A stretch of DNA of 64,000 nt from Candidatus Pacearchaeota archaeon (lineage in GTDB: Archaea > Nanobdellota > Nanobdellia > Pacearchaeales > GW2011-AR1), in the NCBI GenBank assembly GCA_017609205.1, contig JAFCEL010000001.1, positions 214,183 to 278,182 on the forward strand, written 5' to 3'. Of the stretch, positions 34,308 through 43,334 are shown in pieces; within the stretch, counting starts at the first letter, position 1, and every line of letters starts with the position of its first letter. The notes beneath the pieces were generated by a model. It was not told the DNA's origin. It searched no databases and worked only from the letters and a program-made list of their open reading frames with translations. The translations under genes were made by a program, and so were the position numbers.

Positions 34308-34639
34308 GAGTATTTCTTTCTTGCCTTTTTCTCGTCCTCTTCATCTAAAAAACTACAATAACCAAATCTGTCTGGAAACAATTCAGAATCAATTAATTCC
34401 AGATATTCAAGAGCATCTCTAATTTCCAAGTGTTCAGGATTTCCAAATTCTGGTCGATTCTTCTTAAAGAAATTCAAAAGCTCGGATTCTTCAAAGATTC
34501 TTCCTGAAGGAGTTTTTATTCTATTTGGAACATAAAAACCCATTTGCCATTCTTGTAAGAACATAAATCCCCTATCCTCAAAAGCAAAAATCTTTTTCCG
34601 GATTATCTCTTCTTTAATTTCCCATTCTTCCAATCCCAT
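34304..34639 (-). CDS. hypothetical protein
   Basis: The first ATG is 34639 (the track start 34666 is GTG). No motif recognised. Confidence 0.4.
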   Translation of the reverse strand: MGLEEWEIKEEIIRKKIFAFEDRGFMFLQEWQMGFYVPNRIKTPSGRIFEESELLNFFKKNRPEFGNPEHLEIRDALEYLELIDSELFPDRFGYCSFLDEEDEKKARKKYS

Positions 34640-34683
34640 TTTCAATCTGTTTATTATAATAATCACCTATAATGAACTAATAT

Positions 34684-35034
34684 TTACAAATCAATAACAC
34701 CTTCTTTTGTTAATGCTGCGAATCTTATCCCAACTGGCAGATTAATTAACGCCGAAATCAAGGCCATATGCTCTTTTCCATCACCTGAAGCAATACTCAA
34801 AGCAACTTCTGTCCCATCAATCTTTCCTTTTAGTTTATTTTTAAATTCTTGTTGAAGTTCTTTAAGCCTCTTATTTAGATCAACCTGAATAAATTCAAAA
34901 TTCTTTTCATGAGAGAATTTCTTTGCAAAATCTCCACCTAAAAGGATAATCTTATCCCATTCTCCATATTTCATTAAACCAGAAACTTGCGCCCAACTTC
35001 CCTGACCTGACGACAAAAGTGCAATAAGTTCCAT
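34684..35034 (-). CDS. hypothetical protein (alpha/beta, Rossmann-like pattern)
   Basis: 116 aa with alternating beta/alpha pattern 'MELIALLSSGQGSW...KIILLGG'. Family not recognised. Confidence 0.4.
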   Translation of the reverse strand: MELIALLSSGQGSWAQVSGLMKYGEWDKIILLGGDFAKKFSHEKNFEFIQVDLNKRLKELQQEFKNKLKGKIDGTEVALSIASGDGKEHMALISALINLPVGIRFAALTKEGVIDL

Positions 35035-35184
35035 ATGAAAGAATAACTCAATTCTTTTTAAGGATTATTGTGATTTCCTTACCGAATGATTTATAAACCT
35101 TCTTCATCTAAACATCTTAACCATTAACTACATCATCTTGAAATAAGATTCTATGTTCAAGGTGCATAGGTAGGAGGTTGTAGA

Positions 35185-35817
35185 ATGATTGAATTATCAG
35201 AACAACTAAAGAATGCTTTAACTGAACTAAGGAAAGGAAAGGAAAGGAAGTTTGACCAAACAGTTGATTTAATTATTAATCTGCAAAAATTCGACATAAA
35301 GAAGAATTCTCTAAACATTTTTATTTCTGTTCCAAACAAAATAAAAGACAAAAAAGTTTGTGGTTTTTTAGAATCGAGGAATAAAGATATTGAAACAATA
35401 ACACCTGAAGAATTCAAAAAATACTCTGATAAGAAAAAACTCAAAAAACTTGTTAAAAAATTCGATTTTTTTATTGCACAGGCAAGTCTTATGCCAAAAG
35501 TTGCTACAACCTTTGGACGCGCATTGGGCCCTTCTGGAAAAATGCCCTCCCCACAACTTGGAATTATACTAAATGCCGATGAAAAAACAATAAAAGAAAC
35601 TATCAAGAAAGTTGGTAATAGTATCAAGATAAAAACAAAAGAGCCAAGTATCAAAATCCCCATAGGAAAACAAAGTATGGATGATGATAAAATCATCGAA
35701 AATATTCTTACAGTATACGAAGCTGTTCTAAAGAACCTTCCAAAAAACAAAGAAAACATCAAAAACCTTGAGATAAAATTCACAATGACTAAACCCATTA
35801 AAATAAAATTAAAATGA
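35185..35817 (+). CDS. rpl1: ribosomal protein uL1
   Basis: 'FDQTVDLIINL', 'MPKVATTFGRALGPSGKMPSP'. SD 'AGGAGG' upstream. Confidence 0.9.
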   Translation: MIELSEQLKNALTELRKGKERKFDQTVDLIINLQKFDIKKNSLNIFISVPNKIKDKKVCGFLESRNKDIETITPEEFKKYSDKKKLKKLVKKFDFFIAQASLMPKVATTFGRALGPSGKMPSPQLGIILNADEKTIKETIKKVGNSIKIKTKEPSIKIPIGKQSMDDDKIIENILTVYEAVLKNLPKNKENIKNLEIKFTMTKPIKIKLK

Positions 35818-36683
35818 AAAGAAAAATACCTGACTATAAAATAAAAACAGTGAAAGAATTAGAAGATTTGATAAATAACAAAAAGACAATTCTGATTGCA
35901 TCAATAAAAAATATTCCGGGTTCACAATTTCAAGAGATTGTTAAAAAATTACGGGGAAAAGCCATTGTAAAAGTTCCTAAGAAAAGCCTAATATTCAGGG
36001 CCATTGAAGAAGCTGGAAATGAGAGTGTAAAAAAACTTAAGGAGAACATAAAAGAAAGTTTTGCAATTCTTTTCTCTGAACTAGATGCTTATGAACTTGC
36101 AGGAGAGTTACTAAATAATACAAGTCCTGCAAAAGCTAAACCAGGGCAAGAAGCTCCGGAAGATATTACAATCGAAGAAGGACCAACAGATTTAGTTCCA
36201 GGTCCTGCAATTTCTGAGCTGGGTGCACTAGGAATTCAAATCCAAATTGAAAAAGGGAAAATCCATATTAAAAAATCAAAAGTTATTGTAAAACAAGGAG
36301 AGAAGATTTCAAAGAAAGCTGCTGATTTGATGGCAAAACTAGATATAAAACCATTCAAAATAGGATTCATTCCTATTTGCGCTCTTGATACTCAAGAAGG
36401 AAAATTATATTCAGAAATCAGAATTGATAAAGAGGGAACGATTAATGAGTTAAAAGAAGCTTATTCCAAAACAATCCCATTTGCTGTAGCTATAGGGTAT
36501 CCTACAGAAGACACAATTAAGTTTTTACTTGTTAAAGCACTTGCTCATGCTTCTACATTGGAAAAGCTTGTTCAACAACCAGAAGAAAAAAAACAGAATA
36601 AAAATCCAGAAGAATTAGAAGAAAAAAGTGAAGAGAATACTCAACCAGAAAATAAATCAGGGGAAGAAAAGAAAAATGAATAA
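35814..36683 (+). CDS. rplP0: ribosomal stalk protein P0 (uL10), lacking the conserved C-terminal stalk peptide
   Basis: The N-terminal uL10 domain and 'GPTDLVPGPAISELGALGI' are typical. The C-terminus ends '...NKSGEEKKNE' instead of the '..GL.ALFG' tail. Confidence 0.85.
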   Translation: MKRKIPDYKIKTVKELEDLINNKKTILIASIKNIPGSQFQEIVKKLRGKAIVKVPKKSLIFRAIEEAGNESVKKLKENIKESFAILFSELDAYELAGELLNNTSPAKAKPGQEAPEDITIEEGPTDLVPGPAISELGALGIQIQIEKGKIHIKKSKVIVKQGEKISKKAADLMAKLDIKPFKIGFIPICALDTQEGKLYSEIRIDKEGTINELKEAYSKTIPFAVAIGYPTEDTIKFLLVKALAHASTLEKLVQQPEEKKQNKNPEELEEKSEENTQPENKSGEEKKNE

Positions 36684-36790
36684 AGAAATATGCCAAGAAG
36701 AAAAAAGTGAAAATATAGTTTTTCTAATAGAAAAAGAATTAAAGATGTTCAAGATTAATACTCCATTTAAAATAGGAGGCTATAACTAAA

Positions 36791-37090
36791 ATGCAAAACA
36801 TATATGCAGCCCTTTTACTGCATAAAGCAGAGAAGGAAATTAATGAAGAGAACTTAAAGAAAGTTGTTGCTGCTGCTGGTATCGACGCTGATGACTCAAA
36901 AATAAAGTCATTAGTTGCAAGCCTAAAAGGCGTTGATATAGATAAGGAATTAGAAAGTGCGAGTTTGGTTGCTGCTGCTCCTGCTGGTGGAAATGCATCA
37001 GCTGGTGAGTCTGAGAAGAAACAAGAAGCAAAACCAAAAGAAGAGAAAAAAGAAGCTGCAGCAGAAGGTTTGTCAGCACTATTTGGATAA
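36791..37090 (+). CDS. rpl12: ribosomal stalk protein P1 (aL12)
   Basis: 'MQNIYAALLLHKAEKEINEENL' N-terminus, Ala/Glu/Lys hinge and canonical C-terminal 'AAEGLSALFG'. Confidence 0.9.
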   Translation: MQNIYAALLLHKAEKEINEENLKKVVAAAGIDADDSKIKSLVASLKGVDIDKELESASLVAAAPAGGNASAGESEKKQEAKPKEEKKEAAAEGLSALFG

Positions 37091-37260
37091 TTTTATTTAA
37101 AGCTGGCAGACCTGAAATTTTTCTAGATAGAAATAGAGTATAATAAGATTCTTAGGTTTTCCTTAAGAAGAACTTATTAATTTTCAGATTAAATCTAGGA
37201 GTACTTTAATAGTTTTAGAAAACATTAAATTTTAAACTGATTTTTAATTGGATAATATAG

Positions 37261-37333
37261 GCCTCAGTAGCTCAGCTAGTAGAGCAATTGATTCGTAATC
37301 AATAGGTCGGGGGTGCAAATCCCTCCTGAGGCT
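37261..37333 (+). tRNA. tRNA-Thr (anticodon CGU) with non-canonical D- and T-loops
   Basis: Acceptor GCCTCAG/CTGAGGC, D-arm GCTC-AGCTAGTA-GAGC, anticodon arm ATTGA-TTCGTAA-TCAAT, T-arm GGGGG-TGCAAAT-CCCTC, discriminator T. Confidence 0.75.
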
Positions 37334-37384
37334 TCCATCAAAGCTACAACAAAATAATTTAAATAGAATGTTTTTTGATTCTTC

Positions 37385-39343
37385 ATGAAGTGGTCACTTT
37401 ATCAAAAAGGAAAATTCCTTGAACCTCTCAAGTTCTCTAATGGAAAAACACAGGAAGACATTGTAAATGAAGTTCTAAATGCAATCAAAGAGGGGCATAA
37501 AATAATCTTTATTAAGGGAATTTGCGGGACAGGCAAATCCGCAATTGCTCTCAATATTGCAAAAGAAATAGGAAAAGCCTCGATAATTGTCCCGGGGAAA
37601 AATTTACAGATGCAATATAAAAAAGATTATGAAGAAGATAAATACTTGAAAAAAGACAATGGAGAAAAATTAAAGATAAGCGTAATCACTGGAAGGAGTA
37701 ATCACAAATGTAAATTCCTCGAGGACAACCAATTAATTATTCCAAAAATAAAAAGAGAAATTAATTCAAAACTTTATGATATCTTTGAAGGGAGAATAGA
37801 AGAAAAGAACAAAGACCTATCTGCTGATAATCCAAACATTCCCTGCAAGATTGAAATAAAAGAGAAGAATTGGAAGAAGATTAAAGAATATCTGAAGAAA
37901 AATAAAGATATTAAATATAGGAATTTTTTAGACATAAAAGATGTCAAAAGAGTCTCTATCGCAAGTGTTTGTCCTTACTGGTGTCCTGTTCTCCCTGATA
38001 AATATGAATTAGGGGGTAAGAACTTTATGAATGCTATAAAGAAAAGTTATGAAGGACTTAATAAGACGAATTTTATTTTTTATAAGAGAAAACCAGGATG
38101 CAAATTCTACGAACAATTTGACTCTTTTATCGACTCAGATGTGATTGTTTTTAATTCCACAAAATATCTTTTAGAATCCTTTATGAATAGAAAACCTGCA
38201 ACAGAAATTGAAATTGTTGATGAATGTGATGAATTCCTTGATAGATTCTCAAATCAAAGAAACATAAATCTAGACAGACTTCAATACTCATTAACAGACA
38301 TATTTTCAAAAGAAGAGAATAAAATCCAGATTATTAAAGAACTGAATGAGATAATCTCTTATATAAAAAAAGACAGAAAAATCAATGATGCTATTTTGTC
38401 AAATGAGATAATTCCGCTCAAGGAGACTGGAGTTTATGACCTGTTAAGAATCTTTCTTAGAAATAATGAATTCCTCGACGAAGCAGATGACGAAAATTAT
38501 GCATTAGATGTGGAAGAGACAGCAAAGATGTTCGAAGATTTTTTAGAAGAGAGTTATATTGTTGTCAAGAAAAAAGATAAAAATTTGATAGTAGGAATTG
38601 TGAGTATAAATCTTGCGAAAAGACTTAAAGAACTTGTAGATAAAAACAAGGTTTTTGTTATGATGTCTGGAACAATTCACTCTGAGGATGTCCTAAAGAA
38701 TATCTTCGGGATACATGATTTTAAGATTATAGAAGCAGAAACAAAAAGTCAGGGCAAAATTGAGATTAAAGAAACAGGATTAGAGAAAGATTGTAGATAT
38801 GCTAATTTTTCTAATGGCAAATTCAATCGCGAAGATTATCTTAAATCACTTGATAAATGTATCGAAGTCTCAAAAAAACCCACACTAGTTCATGTTAATG
38901 CCTTTGCTGATTTACCTACTGATATTGAAATTAAAAAGTTTGGATTAAAAAATCTGATTAGCAGAGAGAGATTAAAGGAAATACAACATCAGGATAAGAC
39001 AGGAAAATTAGTTGAGAAGTTTAAAAGAGGGGAAATAAAAGTCTTTTTTTCTACTCGAAGCGGAAGAGGAATTGATTTTCCAGGAGAACAATGCAACAGT
39101 ATTGTATTTACAAAATATCCAAACCCAAATGTTCAAGATGCTTTTTGGAGAATTTTACATAAAGCAAAACCTCTTCATTATTGGGCTTTTTATAAAGATA
39201 AAGCATTACGAGAATTTTGGCAAAAGATTTATCGTGGTTTGAGGTTTAAAGAAGATTTCATTTATTTATTAAGTCCTGATAAAAGAGTTTTAGATACTAT
39301 TAAAATCCAAACCCAGAATAGTTCTGATATTTCAGTATTCTAA
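37385..39343 (+). CDS. SF2 helicase, XPD/Rad3/DinG-like (putative Fe-S helicase)
   Basis: Walker A 'GICGTGKSAIA', 'VITGRSNHKC', Cys set including 'VCPYWC', DExx box 'VDECDEF', C-terminal 'STRSGRGIDFPGEQCNSIVFTKYPNPN'. Confidence 0.55.
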   Translation: MKWSLYQKGKFLEPLKFSNGKTQEDIVNEVLNAIKEGHKIIFIKGICGTGKSAIALNIAKEIGKASIIVPGKNLQMQYKKDYEEDKYLKKDNGEKLKISVITGRSNHKCKFLEDNQLIIPKIKREINSKLYDIFEGRIEEKNKDLSADNPNIPCKIEIKEKNWKKIKEYLKKNKDIKYRNFLDIKDVKRVSIASVCPYWCPVLPDKYELGGKNFMNAIKKSYEGLNKTNFIFYKRKPGCKFYEQFDSFIDSDVIVFNSTKYLLESFMNRKPATEIEIVDECDEFLDRFSNQRNINLDRLQYSLTDIFSKEENKIQIIKELNEIISYIKKDRKINDAILSNEIIPLKETGVYDLLRIFLRNNEFLDEADDENYALDVEETAKMFEDFLEESYIVVKKKDKNLIVGIVSINLAKRLKELVDKNKVFVMMSGTIHSEDVLKNIFGIHDFKIIEAETKSQGKIEIKETGLEKDCRYANFSNGKFNREDYLKSLDKCIEVSKKPTLVHVNAFADLPTDIEIKKFGLKNLISRERLKEIQHQDKTGKLVEKFKRGEIKVFFSTRSGRGIDFPGEQCNSIVFTKYPNPNVQDAFWRILHKAKPLHYWAFYKDKALREFWQKIYRGLRFKEDFIYLLSPDKRVLDTIKIQTQNSSDISVF

Positions 39344-39356
39344 GGATTTATATAAA

Positions 39357-39451
39357 CGCCGCCGCCAGGAATCGAACCTGGATGCCCAAAAGGGCCCCGG
39401 TTTCTCGAAGAGAGACTCAAGCCGGGTGCAGTACCATTGTGCCACGGCGGC
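39357..39451 (-). tRNA. tRNA-Ser (anticodon UGA) with a 14-nt intron at 37/38
   Basis: Reverse complement folds as acceptor GCCGCCG/CGGCGGC, anticodon stem CCCGG/CCGGG, loop CTTGAG|intron|A, long variable arm GCCC-TTTT-GGGC, T-arm CCAGG-TTCGATT-CCTGG, discriminator G. Confidence 0.8.
39402..39415 (-). other. tRNA intron (TCTCTCTTCGAGAA) at the canonical 37/38 position
   Basis: 21 nt lie between the two halves of the anticodon stem; removing 14 nt restores a 7-nt loop. Confidence 0.65.
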
Positions 39452-39483
39452 ATATTTATAAAACCAATCAAGAAGTTTTAAAA

Positions 39484-39753
39484 TTATCTATTAAAAATTC
39501 TCTTCCAAAAAGGCTTTCTTATTCTTATAGGTTGATTATTTTCATCAATAATCTCATACTTAATTCTCGGTTTTTCCCTAAACTCAGGAACTTTCTTAGA
39601 TAACTCTTTATTTAATTCTTTTATAGCCCTATCAATTATTGCTCTTGAATATCCCTGTTTTAATAAGGCTATTTTAAGAGACTCAAGAGTATATCCTTTT
39701 GAAATATTTTTTCTAAGATACTCCACTAATTGTGATTTATAATCAACAACCAT
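39484..39753 (-). CDS. hypothetical small protein
   Basis: 89 aa, helical N-terminal half, basic C-terminus. No motif recognised. Confidence 0.4.
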   Translation of the reverse strand: MVVDYKSQLVEYLRKNISKGYTLESLKIALLKQGYSRAIIDRAIKELNKELSKKVPEFREKPRIKYEIIDENNQPIRIRKPFWKRIFNR

Positions 39754-39788
39754 ATTCCAGAAGAGAAGAATTATTTAAAAAAATAATG

Positions 39789-41270
39789 CTACTTGAGAAT
39801 AATAGGGTTTTCTTCGTTATAAAACTTTATTGCTTCTTTTAAGCGATATTTTGATTCAGCATAGATGGTAAGAATTTTCTCTCCTTGTTTCACAGAATCT
39901 GATTTATTAAAATGAAGATACAAACCTGCAAATTTATCAACAGGACATCCAGCAATTCTTGCAAGAGAATTTATTTTCTTGGAATTTATCTCTTTTATAA
40001 CACCTGATTTTTTTGCTACTAAATCTTTTTTGAATTTTCCTGGTTTAATTTTCCTTAATCTTCCTCCTTGAGCCTCAATTATTTCCTTAAATTTACTAAA
40101 AGCCTTTCCTGAATCAAGAATCTTCTGAGCAAATTTTATACCCTCTCCTTTTTTAGCCTTCCCCGTCATATCTAAAAGTTCTCCTGCAAGCAAAAGAGAC
40201 TTCTCCTCCAAATCTCTTGGTCCATTCAACTTAGGGTCAAGAACTTCTATAACATCTCTTAATTCCAACGCAGGTCCAATCCCGCTTCCCATTGGCTCAT
40301 CAGCACGGGTAAGAATAACCCTAAGATTTTTTTTAAAATATTTTCCAAGATATTCAAATTTTCTCTTTAATCTAAGGGCTTTCTTCTCGTCAACTTTTGC
40401 ATTTTTCCCGTAGGGGATATCAATAATGATATATTTGCTTCCACTTGCAAGTTTTTTAGACATTATTGATGCCAAGAGCTGGGCTTCAGGATCAATCCTT
40501 AACATTTTCTCCACATTAATAATTTTAGAATCCGCAGGCACCATTCCTAATGCCCCTCCCCACACAAAGCATCCTTTTGTTTTACTTACAATCTTTTTAA
40601 CCTCTTTTATTGAAAACTCGACATTAGCTAATGTTTCGATTACATCTGCAGTTCCTGCAGGAGAAGTTATTGCTCTTGAAGAAGATTTTGGCATAATTAA
40701 TCCTGCGGCAGTACATATAGAAACCACTATGGGAGTTGTTCTATTTCCTGCAATCCCTCCTATAGAATGTTTATCAACAACGAACTTGTTCCTAAAATTA
40801 AGTCTATTTCCAGATTCTAAAATAGCCTCGATAAGATAAATTGTTTCTTTCATGGACATTTTTTGTTTATATATTGCTGAAATGAAAAGTGCAATTTCTG
40901 TTTCAGAAAGAGAATTATTCACAATGTCCCTTATTATAGATTTTATTTCTTTATTTTCTAATTTTTTACCAGATAATTTCTTTTTTATAAAGATTAAACT
41001 CTCAGGCATTGGCGCTAGATTAATGTCTACAATTTGCCCCTCCTTTAATTTGCATCTTTTCTTTAATTCTATTGATACACCAATCTCATTCTTAGTAAAA
41101 AACCCATCAGCAATATCTACGATAGTAAAAACCTTTTTAGAATGCTTAGATATCTTTCTAAGAGAAATCCTTTCATTAGTATGAACGCCGATTTTTTCAG
41201 CAGTCTCCTTTCTTAAAATTGCTACTGGCAATCCTGCTGACCATTCGAGAAGTTTTACTCTTAATTCCAT
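39789..41270 (-). CDS. deoA: AMP phosphorylase (thymidine-phosphorylase family with N-terminal extension)
   Basis: N-terminal 'MELRVKLLEWSAGLPVAIL' extension domain plus 'VDKHSIGGIAGNRTTPIVV' and 'SSRAITSPAGTADVIE', typical of archaeal AMPpase. Confidence 0.8.
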   Translation of the reverse strand: MELRVKLLEWSAGLPVAILRKETAEKIGVHTNERISLRKISKHSKKVFTIVDIADGFFTKNEIGVSIELKKRCKLKEGQIVDINLAPMPESLIFIKKKLSGKKLENKEIKSIIRDIVNNSLSETEIALFISAIYKQKMSMKETIYLIEAILESGNRLNFRNKFVVDKHSIGGIAGNRTTPIVVSICTAAGLIMPKSSSRAITSPAGTADVIETLANVEFSIKEVKKIVSKTKGCFVWGGALGMVPADSKIINVEKMLRIDPEAQLLASIMSKKLASGSKYIIIDIPYGKNAKVDEKKALRLKRKFEYLGKYFKKNLRVILTRADEPMGSGIGPALELRDVIEVLDPKLNGPRDLEEKSLLLAGELLDMTGKAKKGEGIKFAQKILDSGKAFSKFKEIIEAQGGRLRKIKPGKFKKDLVAKKSGVIKEINSKKINSLARIAGCPVDKFAGLYLHFNKSDSVKQGEKILTIYAESKYRLKEAIKFYNEENPIILK

Positions 41271-41278
41271 TTTACACT

Positions 41279-42346
41279 TTATCTAAGAAGATTTATAACA
41301 AAGCCTTTTGAATTACTGTCCTGCGATAAAAAAACCCCCGGGGTTTTTTTGTTACGATACGTTTCTAAAACTATAAAGAGGTAAGCAATAATTAAGGGTC
41401 CAAGAATAAACCCTATTACTCCGAAGAAAAATATTCCTCCAATCATACTTATCAAAACAATGGCAGGATGCATTCTTGCCCTCTTTGAAACAATAATTGG
41501 TCTCAAAAGATTATCAACAATATTTGAAATAAGTCCAAAGATAGTAAGGGTTATTGTAGAAAAAATATTTCCTTCAATTAAAAGATAAATTGCTACAGGA
41601 ATCCAGACAATTGTTGTCCCTATAATTGGTAGAATTCCTGCAAGACATGCTAAAAAAGCTAAAAATAAAGCATTTGGGACACCAAGAACAAAAAAACCTA
41701 TTCCCACTATAACTCCTTGTAGAAACCCAATAACAACTTGTCCATAAACAACAGAGTAGGTTATATCTTTTGATGATTCAAATATTTCCTTTTCCACCTG
41801 TTTTGAAAAAGGCAGTAAACTTCTGATATATGCAACAAATAAATCTTTATCTCTAAGAAGAAAAAAGAAAGTAAAAGAAACAACAAGAAATTGTAGAAAC
41901 AATATTGGGAAATCGAGGATTAAATTAGAAAAGGAATTTGTAAGAGAATTTGTAATCTTTATTACAAAAGAATGGATAATTGATCCCACTTCTGCTGAAA
42001 ATTCGTAAGAAGCAAAAAGAGATGGGAAAATCTCTTGCAAAGGTTTTACAAAATCAATTTGTTGAGATGCTTGAAAAATTCTAAAAGACTGATTGATTAT
42101 AATTGGGGTCAAAAACCACAGGGGAAGAAGTATTGCCAAAATTAACGTTCCACAGATTATAAATGCAGGTATATTTCTTGAATGGATTTTTCTATACAAA
42201 AAATCATAAACTGGAGAAAACATAAATGCAAGAATAATCCCGATTACTATTGACAATAAGATAGGTTTGAGGAGAAAAAAGGATAAGAGCATAAGAACTC
42301 CCATTACTGCAAGGGTTGCAATCTTTTTAAAATCGTATTCTTCCAT
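41279..42346 (-). CDS. AI-2E/PerM (UPF0118) family membrane transporter
   Basis: 355 aa with about 8 TM. C-terminal 'DNLLRPIIVSKRARMHPAIVLISMIGG' resembles the family signature. Confidence 0.55.
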   Translation of the reverse strand: MEEYDFKKIATLAVMGVLMLLSFFLLKPILLSIVIGIILAFMFSPVYDFLYRKIHSRNIPAFIICGTLILAILLPLWFLTPIIINQSFRIFQASQQIDFVKPLQEIFPSLFASYEFSAEVGSIIHSFVIKITNSLTNSFSNLILDFPILFLQFLVVSFTFFFLLRDKDLFVAYIRSLLPFSKQVEKEIFESSKDITYSVVYGQVVIGFLQGVIVGIGFFVLGVPNALFLAFLACLAGILPIIGTTIVWIPVAIYLLIEGNIFSTITLTIFGLISNIVDNLLRPIIVSKRARMHPAIVLISMIGGIFFFGVIGFILGPLIIAYLFIVLETYRNKKTPGVFLSQDSNSKGFVINLLR

Positions 42347-42428
42347 TTAAACCTCTTTAAAAAAGAGGAGGTTTAAATTTATAAAGGTTTGGAGTTTAAA
42401 TTTAAAAATAAACAAATAATCAGATAAA

Positions 42429-43154
42429 ATGAATTTCATAAAAAAAATCTTTGATGAAAAAGCAGATAATCTTGTCCATTTACAATTTCAAAAATTCTCT
42501 AAGGGAGAATTCAAAAATAAGGCATTAATTGAGGTTAAAAAATTGGGAAAGGGTTGGACAATTAAAACATCTGCAGAATTTGCAAACGAATTAGTAAGAA
42601 TCGTGGCTGAAAAATTAAAAGAGAAAAAAACAACCATTACTGGCGCAATCATTTCAACACTAAACCTTAAAGAGAATCCTGAATTCAGCAGATTTCTGGA
42701 ACACGCAGAGATTAAACAATTTCAAGGTATCAAAAGATATTTGATAAAAGAAGAAATATCTGGAAATGAACTGATAAATCTCCTTGATAAAAGTCCGAAA
42801 GCCTTTTTCGCATTAAGTTTTGAATACGAAGGGAATAAATTAAAAATAAAACCCAAAGCCCCAAAATCAGGAAAACCAAGTTCAAAAGGAGGAGAATCTC
42901 CAAAAGCAGATTTTTGTGTTCTAAAGACATCTGATGAACAGATTATAAGAAATTTTATTTTTGAAAAAGAGAATTTTAAAGAGGCAAAAGTCAACCATAC
43001 TTTTCTTATTGAAAGAATAGAAATCCCAGAAAACCTAAAAGACAGCAAAGACTTTGCTAAAATAAGAGAAGAATCTAAAAGAGTAGGGAAGATAATTCGT
43101 GAAGCAGTTATTGACGGAGAACATATTAAAACAGAAAAAGAGTTTAAAGCCTGA
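42429..43154 (+). CDS. hypothetical protein with central Lys/Pro/Ser linker
   Basis: 241 aa. No motif recognised. Confidence 0.45.
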   Translation: MNFIKKIFDEKADNLVHLQFQKFSKGEFKNKALIEVKKLGKGWTIKTSAEFANELVRIVAEKLKEKKTTITGAIISTLNLKENPEFSRFLEHAEIKQFQGIKRYLIKEEISGNELINLLDKSPKAFFALSFEYEGNKLKIKPKAPKSGKPSSKGGESPKADFCVLKTSDEQIIRNFIFEKENFKEAKVNHTFLIERIEIPENLKDSKDFAKIREESKRVGKIIREAVIDGEHIKTEKEFKA

Positions 43155-43334
43155 AGTTAAAGCCTAGTTGCATTTGTTTTCTCTTTCCAAGGAACCAAGA
43201 CCTTTTCTATTTTGTAAAGAGTGTTATAGAAATAAAAGATTTATTTAGCATTACCGAATACTTTTTAAACCAACATTTCCCACTAATTATATCCAGGGTA
43301 GATATTAAAATGATAATATCCGCATTATTTAGAA

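Noticed and set aside
35157-35798. 213-aa minus-strand ORF
   Set aside because: Antisense to rpl1, which has clear uL1 motifs and a GGAGG SD. The hydrophobic, Phe/Ser/Ile-rich translation is typical of antisense A-rich coding DNA.
37261-39451. Possible integrated element: a helicase gene flanked by tRNA-Thr and tRNA-Ser
   Set aside because: There is only one gene between the tRNAs. I saw no integrase or recombinase, no duplicated tRNA 3' segment (att-like direct repeat) and no compositional break.
39382-39603. 73-aa plus-strand ORF
   Set aside because: Its first third is the reverse complement of tRNA-Ser. The rest is antisense to the 89-aa minus-strand ORF.
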